From Macrostomum hystrix (Eukaryota > Animalia > Platyhelminthes), in assembly GCA_950097015.1 (NCBI GenBank), contig CATNEN010000035.1, positions 744,001-808,000 on the forward strand: 64,000 nucleotides of DNA, read 5' to 3'. Numbering within the stretch: position 1 is the first letter of the stretch; every line of letters begins with the position of its first letter. Both the position numbers and the translations under genes were made by a program. The notes under the pieces are model-generated. The model did no database searches and was not told the DNA's origin. It saw only the letters and a list, made by a program, of their open reading frames with translations. Positions 59,686-64,000 of the stretch are shown here, piece after piece.

Positions 59686-59948
59686 ACACTGACAGTACAC
59701 ACACTGACAGTACACACCTGACAGCACACACCTGACAGCACACACCTGACAGCACACACCTGACAGAACACACCTGACAGTACACACCTGACAGCACACA
59801 CCTGACCGCACACACCTGACAGCACACACCTGACAGTACACACCTGACAGCACACACCTGACAGTACACACCTGACAGCACACACCTGACAGCACACACA
59901 TGACAGCACACACATGACAGCACACACCTTACAGCACACACCTGACAG
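59686..59948. repeat. 14-bp minisatellite (ACACACCTGACAGC)
   Basis: Direct tandem copies. Confidence 0.95.
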
Positions 59949-61619
59949 CTTCAGCTGGAATTATCAGTGAATTTGAGTCAGCAATCGGTGTTACCTAGAG
60001 TTATAGGTGTCAATCATGGGTGTCAGTAAATACCCGATGCTGTGAATGTTTATATAGTAAGTAACCTGAAAGTATTGTAAATATGACAGGCCTCCTGATT
60101 AAAACATTTAAATATTCGCCTGAATTGTCTTAGGTAAATGCATCACAAAATATTATAATGTAATCAAATTCGTGCGCAAAATTGTTTTAATCCGCAAAAT
60201 ATCACGAAATATCATGCTAAATTCAAATTCGTGCCAAAATAATATTTAATATTACTATGTTTGTTTTAATGCACAAAATATTATTTAATATTCACTTGTC
60301 ATAAACTTGAATCAGCAAACCACTATCAATAGGCGAGAATTCCGAAGGGAGAAACCAAACACATTTTCTGACCCTGTCAGCCTTCTCTCACCTTATAATC
60401 TTGTGAACAAGGAATTATTGAACCATTGAATTGTATGCAGATAGTTCGAGAGTTAGTTATTTAGCGGTGACCCTCTAAGTCATTGGAAGCCCAGCAAGAC
60501 TGGATTTAAAAAAACCAGGACTTAGTGCCTTGTAATGAACCGCTCGAGTCGAGTGAGAATTAAACTGCTAAGAACTGGGACTTAGCAAGGAGAAAAGGTA
60601 CCACAGTATTATCCGCTAACTTACGAGTAGAAGTTGGTTGAATCAACCCGCTACGCCTACTGCGTGAGAGAAGCAATAAACATAGCAGTTTATTGAACAA
60701 CATCCCACAGGGAGAATAAATCCTGTAATTAGATATTACAGTGTACAATAATCCTCAGACGATCGATAACAATTAGGATAATAAAAGTCAAAACAACTTT
60801 GGTAGTATTGAATGATAATCACACGAAGGGAGATAAGTTAGAACCGCAACAACTTTGAGATTATAAACTCGATGAGATTATAGCATATAATATTGATAAT
60901 ATTGATATACAAATTTCTCGCTTTGGGGATATCGACAGCTTGGGGGAAGTCGGCTGAATGGGTAAATTTGCAACATTTTCTATCTGAGGGATAATTTACC
61001 AGTTTTGGGGGAGTTGACCAACTATTGAGAGCTATTATTGGGTAGTTTGTTAACAATGGGATTTTCTGATTGAGACGTTTAGCTTAGGTATAACCAACTG
61101 GGTTGTTGCTAAAGTAAGTGGCTGAAAAATGCGCGCCAAACTGAAGAAACAAGGATCAATTAAAAAGAATTGAACTATTGAAAATGCATACAACTACGAG
61201 CTAATTTAAGCTTACTTAAAGCTATTTTCTGAATGTCATGTCAGTTCACCTCTGACTGTAAGGTACCCAGTACCCATTTGAAACGATCAGTTATAGTCAA
61301 GCGACTACTATTAGTAGCGTGTGCAACGAATAGTTTTTTACTACTTGGCTTTATACTAGGAAAACTTCATGAGTCACTTTTTACAACGCAAAATAGTTTT
61401 CAACACGAGCAAAACTTAAAGTAAAAATGTTTACCTGAAAAACATTATTTGTAAGCTTTTTAAAATAATCTGGTTAAAAAACTAATTTCGTAGTTCTAGT
61501 TAATCTTCTAGTGAAAAGTCTTCTGAAATAGCTTTTCGGATTTATAATGTCCTAGAAAAAATGAACATGTGTTAATTATTCCTCCACACTTACATAACTT
61601 ACATACTTACATAACCTAT

Positions 61620-62045
61620 GGCGGAGCCTCAGATCACAGCCAATTCATTTGTCCGAAGTCTTGTGGCAGTGGGACAACGCACGACCTCATGTGGCCCAGC
61701 CTGTGCAGCAGTACATGGAGACTCGTGGAGTTCAACTGCTTTTTCAGAGTCCCTACAGCCCTGATTTCAATTTATGCGACCGTTTTTTCTTCAATTGGCT
61801 GAAATCTGACTTCTCGAAGCGGGAGTTCAGCAGCCACGATGAGGTCCGCGAGGCCGCGTTGCAGTGGGCGAGGGGTCTGGATGCAAACTGCTTGAAACGC
61901 GAGGTTCTACGGCTCGTGGAGCACTGCCAAGCTGTGATTGACTTCAGGGGAAATTACATTACTGATTAGTAAAGTTTCACTGTTCTGCGCGTTTTTATAA
62001 TTAACCTTTTGTAGTTTTCTCATGACTTTCCGGACACCCGGAATA
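61620..62045 (+). mobile_element. 5'-truncated mariner (DD34D) transposon fragment with its right end
   Basis: WQWDNARPH ... QSPYSPDFNLCD with 34 residues between the two Asp; terminal GACTTTCCGGACACCCGG followed by AATATA. Confidence 0.85.
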
Positions 62046-62547
62046 TACAATTACATGTCCCTATAATCCCTATCATCTCATTTTAATGCTCGAGTTCGAA
62101 GTTGTCTATGGTATTTTGACAGACTAAGCCACTCCTATTTAATCTGCTCAACATTGCATGTACACAGCATGTACACAGCATGTACACAGTGACTGATTGG
62201 AGTTTTCTCAATCGAAACCCCTTTTGTCTACACTAGGAGACAAGCGATTGAATGGCAATTAGCGAAAAATAAAAATTTCTAAAACAAATTTAAGACCCAA
62301 AACTTAGCTTTCACAAAATTTCTGCTGCTTGCTTTTTCATAGGTTAAGCCTGAATACTGGTCTGCTTTGCGATAAAATAGCATGCAGGAGAAATGCGAGA
62401 TATAAACCAGAATGAACTGGTTTTAGAGATAATAAGTCTGGGTGCCGAACTGCGGAGCACAATGCTCTGCTATACAGGCTAATGCAGGAGTGAGAAATGA
62501 GAGCTGCGGGCCGGCTCAGGTTTAAGGCCGGGGTAAGCGGCTTGACC

Positions 62548-62561
62548 GTTGCTATGACAAC
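62548..62561. promoter_or_regulatory. X-box-like motif upstream of alpha-tubulin
   Basis: GTTGCTATGACAAC fits the RTHNYY-WT-RRNRAC consensus. Confidence 0.35.
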
Positions 62562-63205
62562 GGAGGGAGAGGTAAGAAAATTCCTGGCGTGCATGCGGGT
62601 TAGCCCACTCGTCATTCTCTTCTTTCGCTTTATCTCTCTATCTCCCTCTCTCTCTCTCTTGCAGTTAAGCGCTGCGTTGCAAATGCACAGCAAATGCGAT
62701 GATTCACCCACGGAGTTCATTTCAATTCTTCTGGTAGAAAAAACGCAGGTTTTTCGCGGCCTGTCTGCTCCAGTGTGGCGGCAGTTACCTGTGAGTTAGC
62801 AGATCCACCCTCCGCCCCAAGTTTTTATTGAGCGGGTCACGGGTTCAGCAAAAATGTGCGGAGGCGAAAAGGTGGGCTTGGTGGGTTGAGAGATTTTTTA
62901 GGTGGGACCGCCAAGTGGGGTTGAGGCCTTGACAACCATTGGCCATATTCTAAAGACTCACCCACAGATGCGCAGCCCCCGCCGTTGCTGGCACGCACCC
63001 GGTTGCCTAGCAGCCAGTGATGTGGAGGCGAGGCGACGGTAGAGAAAATGAGAGCCTTAGAACCTGCAGAATTGAGGTGGGCATTTACCCCTTGTCATTG
63101 CTTCCAGCCTCTTCGCCTCATCTCACCGCTCAGCAGGCCCGAGACCCACCATGCCTGGCCCTGGCAACTGTAACTTGCGCCCCTGGTTACGCAGCTAAGA
63201 CACCT

Positions 63206-63289
63206 GGGCGGCCCAATGAAACTGCATAGCAGCGCGCCGCCCCTGCCCCACACCTCCCCTCCGCCCCTGAATTCGTGGCCCCATAAATA
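63206..63289 (+). promoter_or_regulatory. Core promoter of alpha-tubulin (GC boxes, CCAAT, TATA-like)
   Basis: GGGCGG at 63206, CCAAT at 63213, CCGCCC at 63261, CATAAATA at 63282. Confidence 0.55.
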
Positions 63290-63418
63290 GAGAGCGCGGG
63301 CTCGCTGCGGTCCCCTCTTTATCGACATAGCCAGTGTCTCGATAGACATCTGCTTGTGCCCTCAAAGCAACTCTAACGCTCTCCAGTTTCCCGCTCCTTC
63401 TAATCTCCAAGCTTCAAC

Positions 63419-64000
<582 letters not shown>

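Noticed and set aside
778-59948. Tandem arrays as CRISPR arrays
   Set aside because: Units are contiguous with no unique spacers, there are no cas genes, and the context is eukaryotic.

Overview
Eukaryotic (metazoan invertebrate) genomic DNA with spliceosomal GT-AG introns, GC-rich codons and very many unrelated minisatellites. This style is consistent with a Macrostomum-like flatworm, but the organism is an inference. Genes, in order: 3' part of RAD17; a 4-exon cation diffusion facilitator; an R3HDM4-like gene; a 2-exon peptide-receptor-like GPCR; a tandem cluster of four divergent 7TM receptors; tRNA-Phe(GAA); ANKUB1 (-); M-Ras (-); an intronless GT32 glycosyltransferase (-); and the 5' part of an alpha-tubulin. 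Mobile DNA includes two hAT derivatives with 8-bp TSDs, Tc1, IS630-like and mariner remnants, a solo LTR nested in a transposase, two tRNA-derived SINE families and MITEs. The most notable observations: (1) all four clustered receptors have a phase-0 intron at the same position followed by a 4-5 aa terminal micro-exon, so splicing or retention would switch their C-terminal tails; (2) these receptors show patchy gene conversion, and copy 2 carries compensating frameshifts; (3) introns are inflated by private minisatellites, one of which multiplies decoy splice acceptors. Exon boundaries were read by eye from splice consensus and frame continuity. No database searches were run.
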